Shown piece after piece: positions 1 through 10,043 of a DNA stretch of 64,000 nt. Location: positions 3,365 through 67,364 of the forward strand of contig CAYZGQ010000001.1 in NCBI GenBank assembly GCA_964478135.1, given 5' to 3'. The position numbers and the translations under genes were made by a program. Source of the stretch: an uncultured Candidatus Saccharibacteria bacterium (GTDB lineage: Bacteria; Patescibacteriota; UBA1384; GWA2-35-9; CAYZGQ01). How positions within the stretch are numbered: the first letter of the stretch is position 1; each line of letters begins with the position of its first letter. Under the pieces are notes generated by a model that worked only from the letters and a program-made list of their open reading frames with translations, was not told the DNA's origin and did not search any database.

Positions 1-2
1 GA

Positions 3-314
3 AATCTTATCCGGCGCGAGATCGAGCTTGAGCCGGTCGATAAAATCATCCTTATTGGCACGAAAGTCGTTGTCCTGGGACAAGGCAAGGCGACCTGGTT
101 TTCGGCCCCACAATCGAGCGCCGCCCACAACAGTTTGCCTGTTGGGACTAAGGTTAAGGTGGTCAATTTGGCCAACAGCCAAGCGGTGATAGTGACCGTG
201 ATTGGGGCGGGTATTCGCGGTCCGGCTGTGATTGATCTCTCGCCCGACGCCTTTGCGGTCCTGGCGCCTCTTATCACAGGGGTGATTAACGTTAGGCTTG
301 AGAAAGCGTCATGA
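3..314 (+). CDS. RlpA-like double-psi beta-barrel domain protein, C-terminal fragment (5' end outside window)
   Basis: My own frame-3 translation from the window start reads ...ATWFSAPQSSAAHNSLPVGTKVKVVNLANSQAVIVTVIGAGIRGPAVIDLSPDAFAVLA... This matches the conserved RlpA/DPBB core (TAAH, LPFGT, VxVxNL, GRxVxVxxxDRGP, IDLS). The stop TGA at 312-314 overlaps the ksgA ATG. Confidence 0.5.
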   Translation, partial: NLIRREIELEPVDKIILIGTKVVVLGQGKATWFSAPQSSAAHNSLPVGTKVKVVNLANSQAVIVTVIGAGIRGPAVIDLSPDAFAVLAPLITGVINVRLEKAS

Positions 315-1165
315 ACGATCTTCAAGACCAGTTAATCTTGGAACTCAAGCGATACGCGGTTAAGCCCAACAAGAGGCTGGGTCAGTTTTTTGTGATTGAT
401 TCTCGAACAATCCAAACTATGGTTGAATTGGGACAGATTAGTCCAGCTGATACTGTTTTAGAAATTGGTCCGGGTTTTGGTGGGCTGACCCAAGCCCTCG
501 GACGCCAGGCGGCCCGAGGGCTTGTTGTGGCTCTGGAAAAAGATTTTAAACTGGTCACTATCTTGAGCGCCAAGTTTAAGAATTGGCACAATATCAAAAT
601 TGTCCATACCGACGCTCTGGCGTTTGAGTACTCGGTTTTGGTTCGACCATTCAAAGTTGTGGCTAATCTGCCTTATCAAATAACCTCACCGATAATCCGT
701 CGATTGATCGACGAATCGGCTCAACTGATGGTTCTCATGGTTCAAAAAGAAGTTGGACAGCGCATCAGCGCCAGGCCGGGCGATTCCAAGCGTGGGGTGT
801 TGACGATTATTATTGAACTCTTTGGTTTAGCCGAGCTGGTCCAGATCGTCCCACGGACCAGTTTTTTTCCGAAACCTGATGTTGAGGGGGCAATCATTCG
901 ACTAACGCCCAAGCGGGATCGGACCAGGAATGAAAGACAAAATAAGATCGTCATGCTCTTGGCTAAGGCGGGTTTTTCGGGCAAAAGGAGACAGATTCAC
1001 AATAGTTTGAGTGCGGGCTTGAGATTATCAAAAAGGACTGTCCTTGAACTCCTTAAGAGTGCTAAGATTAATCCAGGACAACGCGCTCAAGAGTTGTCAC
1101 TTAAGGACTGGCAGAGATTGGCGGTCGAATACTCAAGTTTAATTGCTTCCAAGCGCGCGCTTTAG
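311..1165 (+). CDS. rsmA: 16S rRNA (adenine1518/1519-N6)-dimethyltransferase RsmA/KsgA
   Basis: 284 aa with the SAM-binding motif VLEIGPGFGGLT and the NLPY motif. Full-length match to the KsgA/Dim1 family. Confidence 0.9.
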   Translation: MNDLQDQLILELKRYAVKPNKRLGQFFVIDSRTIQTMVELGQISPADTVLEIGPGFGGLTQALGRQAARGLVVALEKDFKLVTILSAKFKNWHNIKIVHTDALAFEYSVLVRPFKVVANLPYQITSPIIRRLIDESAQLMVLMVQKEVGQRISARPGDSKRGVLTIIIELFGLAELVQIVPRTSFFPKPDVEGAIIRLTPKRDRTRNERQNKIVMLLAKAGFSGKRRQIHNSLSAGLRLSKRTVLELLKSAKINPGQRAQELSLKDWQRLAVEYSSLIASKRAL

Positions 1166-1178
1166 GGTTGGATATGAC

Positions 1179-1901
1179 ATGCTCTATATTGTCGCCACAC
1201 CCATCGGTAACTTAGAAGATATTACCCTTCGGGCCCTTAGAATACTCCAAGAGGCTGATTTGATTGTGGCGGAAGACACTCGTCGAGTCGCTAAATTGTT
1301 ACAGCGCCACGCTATCGCGACACCAACCCAGTCCTATCATCAGCACTCTGGGCCAGTCAAACTAGACTTTATTCTTAATCAACTCAAGCAGGGCCGTGTC
1401 ATTGCCCTGGTTAGTGATGCTGGGACCCCGGCCATTTCTGATCCTGGCGGCCAGCTTGTTGAGCTGGCCAGCCAAGCTGGAGTTGAAGTTTCTCCAATCC
1501 CTGGACCCTCGGCAGTTACAGCCGCTCTTTCGGTGTCTGGTTTTCCAGCCCAGCAATTTTTGTTTCTTGGTTACCTGCCCAAAAAGAAGGGTCGGGCGAC
1601 GATTCTGGCAAGCCTGAAAGATTACCTTGCCGGGATTAAGACCGTTGTCCTGTATGAATCACCCCAGCGTTTAGGCAGAACCCTTAGTGATCTCAAGCAG
1701 GGGTTGGGAGAGAATCAAGTTTGTATCGGTCGTGAAATGACCAAGCTGTACGAACAGATTTTTCGGGGAACGCTGACCCAGGCGATCGAGCACTTTAGTG
1801 GTGTCGTCAAGGGAGAGCTGACAATCGTGTTACACACTAACTCCAAGGTTCAAAGCTCAAATACCGGTTCAAGCTCAAGGCTTAAACCTTACAACAGTTG
1901 A
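1179..1901 (+). CDS. rsmI: 16S rRNA 2'-O-methyltransferase RsmI (tetrapyrrole-methylase fold)
   Basis: The N-terminus MLYIVATPIGNLEDITLRAL...AEDTR is the canonical RsmI start. The ORF-track start at 1143 overlaps ksgA, so the internal ATG at 1179 is preferred. Confidence 0.85.
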   Translation: MLYIVATPIGNLEDITLRALRILQEADLIVAEDTRRVAKLLQRHAIATPTQSYHQHSGPVKLDFILNQLKQGRVIALVSDAGTPAISDPGGQLVELASQAGVEVSPIPGPSAVTAALSVSGFPAQQFLFLGYLPKKKGRATILASLKDYLAGIKTVVLYESPQRLGRTLSDLKQGLGENQVCIGREMTKLYEQIFRGTLTQAIEHFSGVVKGELTIVLHTNSKVQSSNTGSSSRLKPYNS

Positions 1902-1954
1902 GATTTATTAATTTAGGTTTGATTTGGAGTTTGTTACTTTGCTAAGTTAAGGCT

Positions 1955-2248
1955 ATGACCGACCGAAGTGATAAGTCTCAAGTTACCCTGCGCGTCTTTG
2001 GTCAAGTTACTGGGGTGAGTTTTCGCTACTACATCCTCCAGCAGGCCGAAAAGATTGGTCAGATTACTGGCTTTGTTCGCAACGAGTTCAACGGTTCGGT
2101 TTTGATTGTCGCCCAAGGGCCAAAAGAAAAACTAGAACGTCTTATTAAGTCGGCCAGACAGGGTTCTCGGTTGGCTCGAGTGACAAAGGTGGCGATTGAT
2201 TGGTCTGAACCCATAGATCGATTCGATAACTTCACACTAGGGCTCTAG
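1955..2248 (+). CDS. acyP: acylphosphatase
   Basis: 97 aa. VxGxVQGVxFR-like motif (VFGQVTGVSFRYY) and a GFVRN...GSV core typical of acylphosphatase. Confidence 0.75.
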   Translation: MTDRSDKSQVTLRVFGQVTGVSFRYYILQQAEKIGQITGFVRNEFNGSVLIVAQGPKEKLERLIKSARQGSRLARVTKVAIDWSEPIDRFDNFTLGL

Positions 2249-2287
2249 GTCTTTACCAATTCGCGGTCGTTCAGGTATGATCAAGCT

Positions 2288-3706
2288 ATGACACAGCCCA
2301 CGCGGGTCTACATTACGACCTCGATTGCCTATGTTAACGCGCCGCCTCACATCGGTTACGCTCTAGAATTGATCCAGGCCGATGTTTTGGCCCGCTACTA
2401 CCGTCAAGAGGGAGCTGAAGTCTTTTTTCTCACCGGGACTGACGAGCATGGCCAGAAGAACTATCAAACAGCCAAGGCGGCTGGCCAAGATACTCAAACG
2501 TTTATCAATGCGATTGCCCCAAAATTCAAGGCTTTAACCAAGGCGTTGAACATTTCCAACGACGATTTTATCCGTACTTCGGATAAAAAACGCCATCATC
2601 CAACAGCCCAGAAATTTTGGCAGGCGCTTGATCGGGCAGGCGATTTGTATAAGAAGCGCTATCAGGGCCTGTACTGTGTCGGTCATGAGTCATTCATCCT
2701 CCAAAAGGAGCTGGTGACTGGTTTGTGTCCGGATCACAAGACCAGGCCAGAGTTGATTGACGAAGAAAATTATTTTTTCAGACTTTCCAGATACCAAGAC
2801 GAGCTCAAGCACCTGATCGAGAGCGATCGGATAAAAATTGTACCGGCCAATCGCAAGCACGAAAGCCTTAATTTTATCGATCAAGGTCTAAAAGACATTT
2901 CATTCTCTCGCTCCAAGAAAACTTTGCCTTGGGGTGTCGGAGTGCCCTCTGATCCAGATCAAGTTATGTACGTCTGGGCCGATGCCCTGACTAACTATCT
3001 TTCGGCAATCGGCTATCACGACAACAGGCATATCAAGTGGTGGAATCAAGCCGATCAGCGAGTCCATTTGATTGGCAAAGATATCGTTCGGTTTCACGCC
3101 CTATACTGGCCGGCCATGCTCTTATCAGCCAAACTGCCAGTTCCGACCAAGTTGCTGGTTCATGGTCACATCACAGTTGAGAACCAAAAGATGTCCAAGA
3201 GTCTGGGTAATGTGGTTGATCCATTTGAGTTGATTAAACCCTATGGAGTTGATCCAGCCCGCTACTTTCTGCTGCGCCAAATCCCCACGAGCGACGATGG
3301 CGATTTTTCATGGCAACACTTCCAAGAGCGTTACCGAAGCGATCTGGCCAATGATTTAGGCAACTTGCTTCAGCGCAGTCTAGTTTTGATCAAAAAACAC
3401 AAACTGGTTATTAAACCAAGTGTTAAACCCAGCCCTATCAAGGTCAACGATCTGATCGAGCGGTTTGATCTGGCCGGCGCGCTAGACTCAATTTGGAAAA
3501 TTGTAACCGAGGCCAACAAATACGTTGATCAACAAAAACCCTGGCAGTTTGAGTTAGGCGATTCACGAGCTCGGCAGGTTCTAACCAGTTTGTACCGCCG
3601 CCTTGAAACCGTCGCGGCTGATCTTAAACCACTCCTGCCTGACACGAGCGCCAATATGTTGGGCCAACTCAACTCGAAACAACCCGAGCCACTTTTCCCG
3701 CGCTAG
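2288..3706 (+). CDS. metG: methionine--tRNA ligase, short form lacking C-terminal tRNA-binding domain
   Basis: A class I HIGH-type motif (PPHIGYALE) and KMSKS are present. The conserved MetRS N-terminal YITTSIAYVN is present. Length is 472 aa. Confidence 0.92.
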   Translation: MTQPTRVYITTSIAYVNAPPHIGYALELIQADVLARYYRQEGAEVFFLTGTDEHGQKNYQTAKAAGQDTQTFINAIAPKFKALTKALNISNDDFIRTSDKKRHHPTAQKFWQALDRAGDLYKKRYQGLYCVGHESFILQKELVTGLCPDHKTRPELIDEENYFFRLSRYQDELKHLIESDRIKIVPANRKHESLNFIDQGLKDISFSRSKKTLPWGVGVPSDPDQVMYVWADALTNYLSAIGYHDNRHIKWWNQADQRVHLIGKDIVRFHALYWPAMLLSAKLPVPTKLLVHGHITVENQKMSKSLGNVVDPFELIKPYGVDPARYFLLRQIPTSDDGDFSWQHFQERYRSDLANDLGNLLQRSLVLIKKHKLVIKPSVKPSPIKVNDLIERFDLAGALDSIWKIVTEANKYVDQQKPWQFELGDSRARQVLTSLYRRLETVAADLKPLLPDTSANMLGQLNSKQPEPLFPR

Positions 3707-3707
3707 T

Positions 3708-4553
3708 ATGTTAGTCTTGATTATTGCTGGTCTAGCGGAAAGTTTTGGCACCATTTTGGAGAAGTATTCGCTCTCGAGGGTCAGGTTGAGCGTGTCGGAA
3801 CACTTGGTCGCCCTTCATACTGGTCTGGCCCTTGTCACAGTCTTGGTTTTACCGTGGTTTGGCTCGATTAATCTAGAATTGGCGATTCAGCCGGCTAACT
3901 TATTCAAGCTTGTTTTAGTCTTGGTCATTGCCGCTGGTTGGAATCTTGGTTATGCCAAGGCACTCAAGGCCGAGTCGCTGGACGAGTTTGAAGCGATTAT
4001 TTTAATCGCTCCTTTGGCAACTATTATTTTGTCAGCGCTTTTTTTGAACTCTGAACGTGATGGGCGGATCATTCTAGCCTCAAGTCTGTCGGTGGCTGCC
4101 TTATTCTGGGCCCATATCAAACGCCACCATCTTGTTTTCAAAAGATCGAGTCGTCTTTTATTTGGTGTGGTTGGGCTAATGGCGGTCGAGGTGGTACTTT
4201 TACGCCAGTTGCTTGACGTTTTTTCACCGGCCGTTTTATACGTTTTTAGAACCGGTTTTGTCGCGTTGATTATTTTTTCTTTCTTCCGGCCACGCCTTAA
4301 CCGAGCGATTAAACATTGGCCGGTCATTCTCGGGGCGACGATCCTATTCGTGGTATTTCGACTCATCCAGTACACCGCTTTTGTTAACCAGGGAGTCGTC
4401 TACAGCACTGGCGTGCTGGTTTTGTCACCGTTTTTGGTTCTTGTGGCCGATAATCTTATCTTGAAAGAGAAGATCCAACCCCGACAGTTACTCGCTATTT
4501 TCGTGATCGTTGCCTCGATTGTATACGCCACGGTCTCAAGCGGGCGATCTTGA
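3708..4553 (+). CDS. polytopic membrane protein, DMT/EamA-like
   Basis: About 10 hydrophobic helices. The ORF-track start at 3603 lies inside metG. The in-frame ATG at 3708, immediately after the metG stop at 3704-3706, is preferred. Confidence 0.45.
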   Translation: MLVLIIAGLAESFGTILEKYSLSRVRLSVSEHLVALHTGLALVTVLVLPWFGSINLELAIQPANLFKLVLVLVIAAGWNLGYAKALKAESLDEFEAIILIAPLATIILSALFLNSERDGRIILASSLSVAALFWAHIKRHHLVFKRSSRLLFGVVGLMAVEVVLLRQLLDVFSPAVLYVFRTGFVALIIFSFFRPRLNRAIKHWPVILGATILFVVFRLIQYTAFVNQGVVYSTGVLVLSPFLVLVADNLILKEKIQPRQLLAIFVIVASIVYATVSSGRS

Positions 4554-4647
4554 TTATGACCACCAAACTGTTCTCTTTAGGACTACTTAGCGATATAATT
4601 CAGCCTTGGTCGATTAAGATTCAATTTTGAGTTATGAGTTTTGAATT

Positions 4648-5445
4648 ATGTTGATCGATAGCCATTGTCATTTGAATTTTAAAGCCTTTGAGGCGGATTG
4701 GCCGAGTGTTTTAGAGCGGTCCGTCCAAGCCGGAGTTGGGCTGATAGTTGTTTCGACCGATCTTAAAACCAGTCAAAAAGCGCTTGAAATTGCCCAAAAT
4801 CAAGATCGGGTTTGGGCGGCGGTTGGCTTTCACCCAATCCATGTTGTCGATCGAGACTGGCGGTCTGAAGTCAACCGTATTTTGGAATTGGTGAGACACC
4901 CTAAAGTGGTCGCACTTGGTGAGATTGGTTTTGATCGATTTGATCTTAAGCGCAGAAATATTCCCACAAGTGACTGGCCGAGTCTTATTGCAACCCAGTC
5001 CAGGATTGTTGATCTCTTTCTCGCCGAGTCAAAAGTATCTAAAAAGCCAATTATTTTTCACTCTCGCGAGGCCCAAGACCTAATCAGTCAAACAGTCACT
5101 AGCCACAAAGCCAATCGGAGCCAGAAGGAGTGGTTTGTGCAACACTGTTTTCCCGGACGACTCGAGGATGCCAGCCAGATTATTGCCTCTGGCGGACTGA
5201 TCTCATTTACCGGTTTGATTACCTATAATCATCAGTCGGACGAGGTGGTAAAACAACTGCCGCTTGAGAAAATAATGATCGAGACTGACTCGCCCTACTT
5301 GACGCCAGAGCCTTTCCGAGGCCAGCGCAATGAGCCGGGCTACGTCCGGGCGGTGGCCGATCGAATTGCTCAACTCAAAGGTCTTACATTTCAAGAGGTG
5401 GCTCGGACAACGACCGGCAACGCCGAACGATTCTTTGGGGTTTGA
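4648..5445 (+). CDS. tatD: TatD-family metal-dependent hydrolase
   Basis: The N-terminal DSHCHL motif and the conserved His/Asp/Glu pattern of the TatD TIM-barrel (GEIGFD, FHSRE, ETDSPYL). Confidence 0.85.
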   Translation: MLIDSHCHLNFKAFEADWPSVLERSVQAGVGLIVVSTDLKTSQKALEIAQNQDRVWAAVGFHPIHVVDRDWRSEVNRILELVRHPKVVALGEIGFDRFDLKRRNIPTSDWPSLIATQSRIVDLFLAESKVSKKPIIFHSREAQDLISQTVTSHKANRSQKEWFVQHCFPGRLEDASQIIASGGLISFTGLITYNHQSDEVVKQLPLEKIMIETDSPYLTPEPFRGQRNEPGYVRAVADRIAQLKGLTFQEVARTTTGNAERFFGV

Positions 5446-5479
5446 AATGGCATTGAATCGCCATAGTTAGATTTTCACA

Positions 5480-6697
5480 ATGACTACTTTGGGGTTTGAA
5501 ATGATTCGAAGAGAGTTTCCAATTTTTAAGACCAATCCAGACTTGGTTTATTTAGATAGCGCCAGTAGCGCCCAAAAGCCGAGCTTAGTGATTGAGGCGA
5601 TCGAAGAGTTCTACCAAAAGCGTTACGCTAATGTTCATCGAGGATTGTATCGTCTTAGCCAAGAGGCGAGTGAGCAGTTTGAACAGGCGCGAGTAAGGGT
5701 CGCGCGCTTTATTGGGGCCCAACCACAAGAGATTGTTTTTACATCCGGGGCAACCGAGTCAATCAACCTAGTTGCTCAGGGCAGTCTTAATTCTGGCCTT
5801 AAATCTGGACATAATATTGTCATAACTGAACTGGAGCACCACTCAAACATTGTGCCATGGCAGTTGCTGACCCGAACCAGGGGGATAGAGTTAAGATGGA
5901 TTAGCTATGATCATGCTCAAGGAGGGCTGAATCTTAAATTAGCCAAAACTTTGATTGATTCAGAGACTCATCTGGTAGCCATTACCGGAATGTCGAATGT
6001 TTTGGGAGTTAAACCGCCAGTCGCTCACCTGGCGACCTTGGCTCGGAGTAGGGGGGCTCGAGTTTTAGTTGACGCGACTCAATTAGTCGTCCACCAGAAG
6101 ATTGAACTATCAAAACTTGGTGTGGACTATCTTGTCTTCTCAAGTCATAAGCTTTACGGTCCGACCGGAACAGGCGTATTATGGGTTAACCCTAAACACC
6201 ACCAGTCGTTTGAGCCGGTCTTGACTGGTTCGCAGATAGTGAGCGCGGTTTCGAAAAAAGGTCCAACTTGGCGAGACTTTCCAGAGAAATTGGAGCCGGG
6301 CACGCCCAATATATCCGGCGTGGTCGGTTTGGCCAGGGCGATTGATTGGGTAGAAAAAACTCGGTTAAAGCACCAGGCGCTTGATCAAATGGAAGGTTTA
6401 CTGGCCCAAAAGGCGGCCCAAAGCCTGAAACAGATTCCTGGAGTCAGGGTCTTGAGTGATCATTCAAACTGTAATCCGATCTTGTCTTTCGTTTTTGAAC
6501 ATGTTCATCCTCATGATGTGGCTGAATATTTAGGCCAAAACTCGATCGCGATCCGGGCCGGTCATCACTGCGCCGAGCCTCTTCATCAGTCTCTTGGGTT
6601 CTTGGCAACCTGTCGGGTAAGTTTCGGTTACTACTCGAATCTAGATGATGTTAACCGATTGGTAAGATCATTAATTAAGTTGGCCCGATATGGTTAA
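5480..6697 (+). CDS. sufS: cysteine desulfurase, SufS/CsdA class-V aminotransferase
   Basis: FPIF...VYLDSASSAQKP at the N-terminus, SSHKLYGPTG carrying the PLP lysine, and an HHxAEP-type motif near the C-terminus. The alternative start at 5501 (MIRREFPIF) is equally plausible. Confidence 0.85.
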   Translation: MTTLGFEMIRREFPIFKTNPDLVYLDSASSAQKPSLVIEAIEEFYQKRYANVHRGLYRLSQEASEQFEQARVRVARFIGAQPQEIVFTSGATESINLVAQGSLNSGLKSGHNIVITELEHHSNIVPWQLLTRTRGIELRWISYDHAQGGLNLKLAKTLIDSETHLVAITGMSNVLGVKPPVAHLATLARSRGARVLVDATQLVVHQKIELSKLGVDYLVFSSHKLYGPTGTGVLWVNPKHHQSFEPVLTGSQIVSAVSKKGPTWRDFPEKLEPGTPNISGVVGLARAIDWVEKTRLKHQALDQMEGLLAQKAAQSLKQIPGVRVLSDHSNCNPILSFVFEHVHPHDVAEYLGQNSIAIRAGHHCAEPLHQSLGFLATCRVSFGYYSNLDDVNRLVRSLIKLARYG

Positions 6698-7058
6698 TGA
6701 TTACTTTCGTATTCTAGAACAGGCGAGAGATCTTAAGTTCGCCCGCCGGCCCAAAGCTTTTGATCACAAGATTAAAGCTGAAAATCACGCCTGCGGCGAT
6801 TATGTCGATTTCTACCTCTCGCTTGATAAAAACAAGATCAAAGAGCTGGTCTTTTCAGCTAACGCCTGTGTTTTGGCAACCCTGGCCGCCAATGAGCTAT
6901 GCCGTATCTTAACCCATAAGCCGATCAGTCACATCAAGAATATCTCAGTCGATCTACTGGAAAAAAGGCTTGGCTCTAAGATTAGCTCATCCCGCAAGCA
7001 GTGCCTTAGACTGGGTTTGACCAGTCTGACCGAGGCTTTATTCAGCCAATCAAAATAG
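6690..7058 (+). CDS. SufU/IscU-like Fe-S cluster scaffold (NifU N-terminal family)
   Basis: Cys ligands in the conserved spacing AENHACGD...FSANACVL...ELCRIL. Overlaps the sufS stop by 8 nt. Confidence 0.6.
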   Translation: MVNDYFRILEQARDLKFARRPKAFDHKIKAENHACGDYVDFYLSLDKNKIKELVFSANACVLATLAANELCRILTHKPISHIKNISVDLLEKRLGSKISSSRKQCLRLGLTSLTEALFSQSK

Positions 7059-7071
7059 TAAAATAAACACT

Positions 7072-8022
7072 ATGGTAACTTTTTTAGATCTAATCTTGTT
7101 TGTCTGGGTGGCGTTTTGGCTTTTTCAGGGCTGGCGTAAAGGCCTGTTCAGAACCGGGGCTGAATTAATTGGCTTAATTTTTACGATTGTCCTAGCCCTT
7201 CAGCTCGCCCGTCCGTTCTCTGTCTTAATAGCCGGCGTGGTTGATTCCGGTCTGGCCTACCCGATCAGCTTCTTATCTTTATGGCTAATTTTTCATTTAA
7301 TATGGCTGTTAATTATTAGGCTGGTTGAAACAAGCCTACCTCAAAAAGTTCTTGGGTCGGAAGTCAATAAAGTAGCCGGCAGTCTATTGGCTGGATTATA
7401 TGGAGTAACCGCAATCGGTCTTAGTCTTGCTATTATTTTAGCTTTGCCGGTTAATAACCGATTTAAATCAGTCATAACAGATAGTGCCGTGGCCTCTCAA
7501 CTGATCGGTCGAACCGCTCGATTAACCCGATTTTTGGAAAGCCAGATCCAACGGTCAGTTGGTCAGACCCTTAGCTACTTTACAGTTCGGCCTCTCTCGC
7601 AAAATAGCTACGAGATTAAACTTAAGCCCGGCCCCTTAACCGTTGATCTGTCAAGTCAAAAAAAGATGCTCGAACTTGTTAATTTGGAACGGCGCAAGGC
7701 CGGGCAAAGGGATCTTGAGCTGGATCAAGATCTGACTAGATTAGCCCAAGGTCAGGCCCAAGACATGTGGCTTAGGCGCTATTTTGGCCACGTCAATCCA
7801 GATGGTCAAGATCCGTTTGCCCGGATGGATAAAGCAAAAATCAGTTATCAAAGCGCGGGCGAAAATCTAGCCCTAGCCCCAAGCGTCGAACTGGCTCACC
7901 TTGGCTTAATGGATTCCTCCGGTCATCGAGCAAACATTCTAAACCCAGGTTTTGGCAGGGTTGGCATAGGAGTGGTTGATGGAGGGTTTGGCAAGATATT
8001 TGTCCAGGAATTCACCAATTAA
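7072..8022 (+). CDS. CvpA-like membrane domain fused to a CAP/SCP (YkwD-like) extracellular domain
   Basis: The N-terminal 120 aa form 4 TM helices typical of CvpA. The C-terminal 130 aa match the CAP domain (LVNLERRKAG, GHxxNIL, GENLA). Confidence 0.6.
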   Translation: MVTFLDLILFVWVAFWLFQGWRKGLFRTGAELIGLIFTIVLALQLARPFSVLIAGVVDSGLAYPISFLSLWLIFHLIWLLIIRLVETSLPQKVLGSEVNKVAGSLLAGLYGVTAIGLSLAIILALPVNNRFKSVITDSAVASQLIGRTARLTRFLESQIQRSVGQTLSYFTVRPLSQNSYEIKLKPGPLTVDLSSQKKMLELVNLERRKAGQRDLELDQDLTRLAQGQAQDMWLRRYFGHVNPDGQDPFARMDKAKISYQSAGENLALAPSVELAHLGLMDSSGHRANILNPGFGRVGIGVVDGGFGKIFVQEFTN

Positions 8023-8883
8023 ATGCGACTGCTTGAAGGCCAATCGGTTGCCGGGAAAATACTTTTAAATCTAAAAAGGCAGATTGTTCACGATCAGTTA
8101 AGCCCCTGTCTGGCGATCGTGCTGGTTGGGGCCGATCCGGCTAGTTTAAACTACATTAAACAGAAGCAAAAAGCGGCTGATTTTGTTGGTATCGCGACTA
8201 AACTCTATCAGTTAGACAGCCGAGCATCCTACTGGCAAGTGATCGCCTTGATCGATCAACTAAACAGGACGGATCGAGTCAACGGCATCCTGGTCCAGTT
8301 ACCCCTACCAAAAGCTATCAGTCCTGAAATAGTCGGAGTCTCAATTGACCGGATGAAAGATGTGGATGGCTTTCGATTCGAACTGTTCAAACCACCGGCC
8401 GCCTTAGCGATCATAGAGTTATTAAAAGAATACCAAATTGAAGTTAAAGGAAAAAAGATCGTTATCATCGGAAATGGCTTTTTGATCGGCCGGCCGTTTG
8501 CTAAGCTGTCTCGAGCCTTGGGCGCGCGGGTTGAAACAATCAACAGCCAAACCCCGCGGGCACGCCAACTTGCCAGATCGGCCCAGATACTGGTTAGCGC
8601 GACTGGCCAAGCCCGATTGATTGATCGCTCTTGGGTTAAACCGGGTCAGGTGGTTGTTGACGCCGGCGGGGGATATATTGATCAAAATAGGACTCCCAAG
8701 TTTGTCGGTGAGATTAATTTTGATCAGGTCGCTCCGATCGTTAACGCGATCAGTCCCAATCCGGCGGGAGTCGGTCCAATGACGGTCGCCATGCTTATGG
8801 CCAATGTAGTTAAAGCGGCCAAAATTCAGCAAGCTATGGCCAGCCAGTCAGATCGTAAATCAGTTCCTGGGAGACCGATCTAA
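8023..8883 (+). CDS. folD: bifunctional methylenetetrahydrofolate dehydrogenase/cyclohydrolase
   Basis: LAIVLVGADPASxxYIKQK, the DVDGF motif and the Rossmann GxGxxxGRP segment (GNGFLIGRP). Confidence 0.88.
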   Translation: MRLLEGQSVAGKILLNLKRQIVHDQLSPCLAIVLVGADPASLNYIKQKQKAADFVGIATKLYQLDSRASYWQVIALIDQLNRTDRVNGILVQLPLPKAISPEIVGVSIDRMKDVDGFRFELFKPPAALAIIELLKEYQIEVKGKKIVIIGNGFLIGRPFAKLSRALGARVETINSQTPRARQLARSAQILVSATGQARLIDRSWVKPGQVVVDAGGGYIDQNRTPKFVGEINFDQVAPIVNAISPNPAGVGPMTVAMLMANVVKAAKIQQAMASQSDRKSVPGRPI

Positions 8884-8927
8884 ATTTGTCTTCACTTCCA
8901 GTTGATTTAGTGACATACTGATCAATT

Positions 8928-10043
8928 ATGGCTGGAATTATCTCAACTAAAAAAGCTAAAAAGCCGAAAGTCCTGGTTGCTCTTTCTGGGGGGGTTGATA
9001 GCGCCGTAGCCGCGGCTCTTCTGATTAAGCAAGATTATCAAGTCGAGGCCGCTTTTATGAAGAACTATACCCATCCGATTAAGACCCGGGTTGGATTGGC
9101 TTGCCCGTGGCAGGACGATTTGGCCTGCGCCCGCGAGGTGGCAAAACAGCTTGGTATTCGCCTCCATATTTTTAATTTTGAACTGGCGTACTATGAGAAA
9201 GTAGTCAGAAATTTTTTTAATGAGTACGCGGCCGGCAATACTCCTAACCCAGATGCTTTGTGTAACCGAGAAATAAAGTTTGGGCTTTTTTTAAAGCAAG
9301 CCCGCCGATTAGATTTTCAAAAAGTAGCGACCGGTCATTACGCTCAAGTCAAAACAAAAGTTTCTGATCCAACCCAAACGAGATTTTTAAGAGGGGTTGA
9401 TCTGAATAAAGATCAATCTTATTTTATGGCTTTAGTCAGACCGGATCAGCTTGAGCGGGTTATACTGCCAATTGGCGCTATGATTAAGCCGCGAGTCCGT
9501 CAGTTAGCGAGAGAGTTTGGCCTACCCAACGCCAACCGCAAGGACAGTCAGGGCATTTGTTTTATTGGTCCGGTTAAAGTCAATCAATTCCTTCGATCTT
9601 ATTTACCGGTCAAAAAAGGCCAAGTTATGACAACTGATAATCAGGTTGTGGGTCAACACGACGGGGCTTGGTTTTACACGATCGGTCAGCGTCACGGTCT
9701 CGGTCTTGGGGCTGACTTGCCTTACTATGTTGTTGGAAAGTCTGTCAAAAATAACACCCTGACTGTTAGTCTTGGTCCGGAAGATAGCGCCCTGTATTCA
9801 AGAGAGTTTCGGGTCAGATCATTGAACATAATCGCCAGAGCCAGCTTTGATCGAGGTTCGATATCTTGTCAAGTTCAAACCCGGTATCGTCAGCAACCGA
9901 TCGCCGGAACAGTCTTCCCTCAAGGCGCAAAGCAGGCCAAGGTAATTCTTAAAGAGCCGATTCGAGCCGTGACTCCAGGACAAGTAGCGGTATTTTACAC
10001 TGATAACGAGGTTTTGGCCGGAGGGACTATCGTGCTAAAATGA
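8928..10043 (+). CDS. mnmA: tRNA-specific 2-thiouridylase MnmA
   Basis: PP-loop SGGVDSAVAAALL plus the conserved MnmA central and C-terminal regions (DSQGICFIG). Confidence 0.88.
   Translation: MAGIISTKKAKKPKVLVALSGGVDSAVAAALLIKQDYQVEAAFMKNYTHPIKTRVGLACPWQDDLACAREVAKQLGIRLHIFNFELAYYEKVVRNFFNEYAAGNTPNPDALCNREIKFGLFLKQARRLDFQKVATGHYAQVKTKVSDPTQTRFLRGVDLNKDQSYFMALVRPDQLERVILPIGAMIKPRVRQLAREFGLPNANRKDSQGICFIGPVKVNQFLRSYLPVKKGQVMTTDNQVVGQHDGAWFYTIGQRHGLGLGADLPYYVVGKSVKNNTLTVSLGPEDSALYSREFRVRSLNIIARASFDRGSISCQVQTRYRQQPIAGTVFPQGAKQAKVILKEPIRAVTPGQVAVFYTDNEVLAGGTIVLK

Noticed and set aside
3950-4375. 141-aa minus-strand ORF
   Set aside because: Antisense to the membrane-protein gene 3708-4553. No SD, and the composition is typical of an out-of-frame read.
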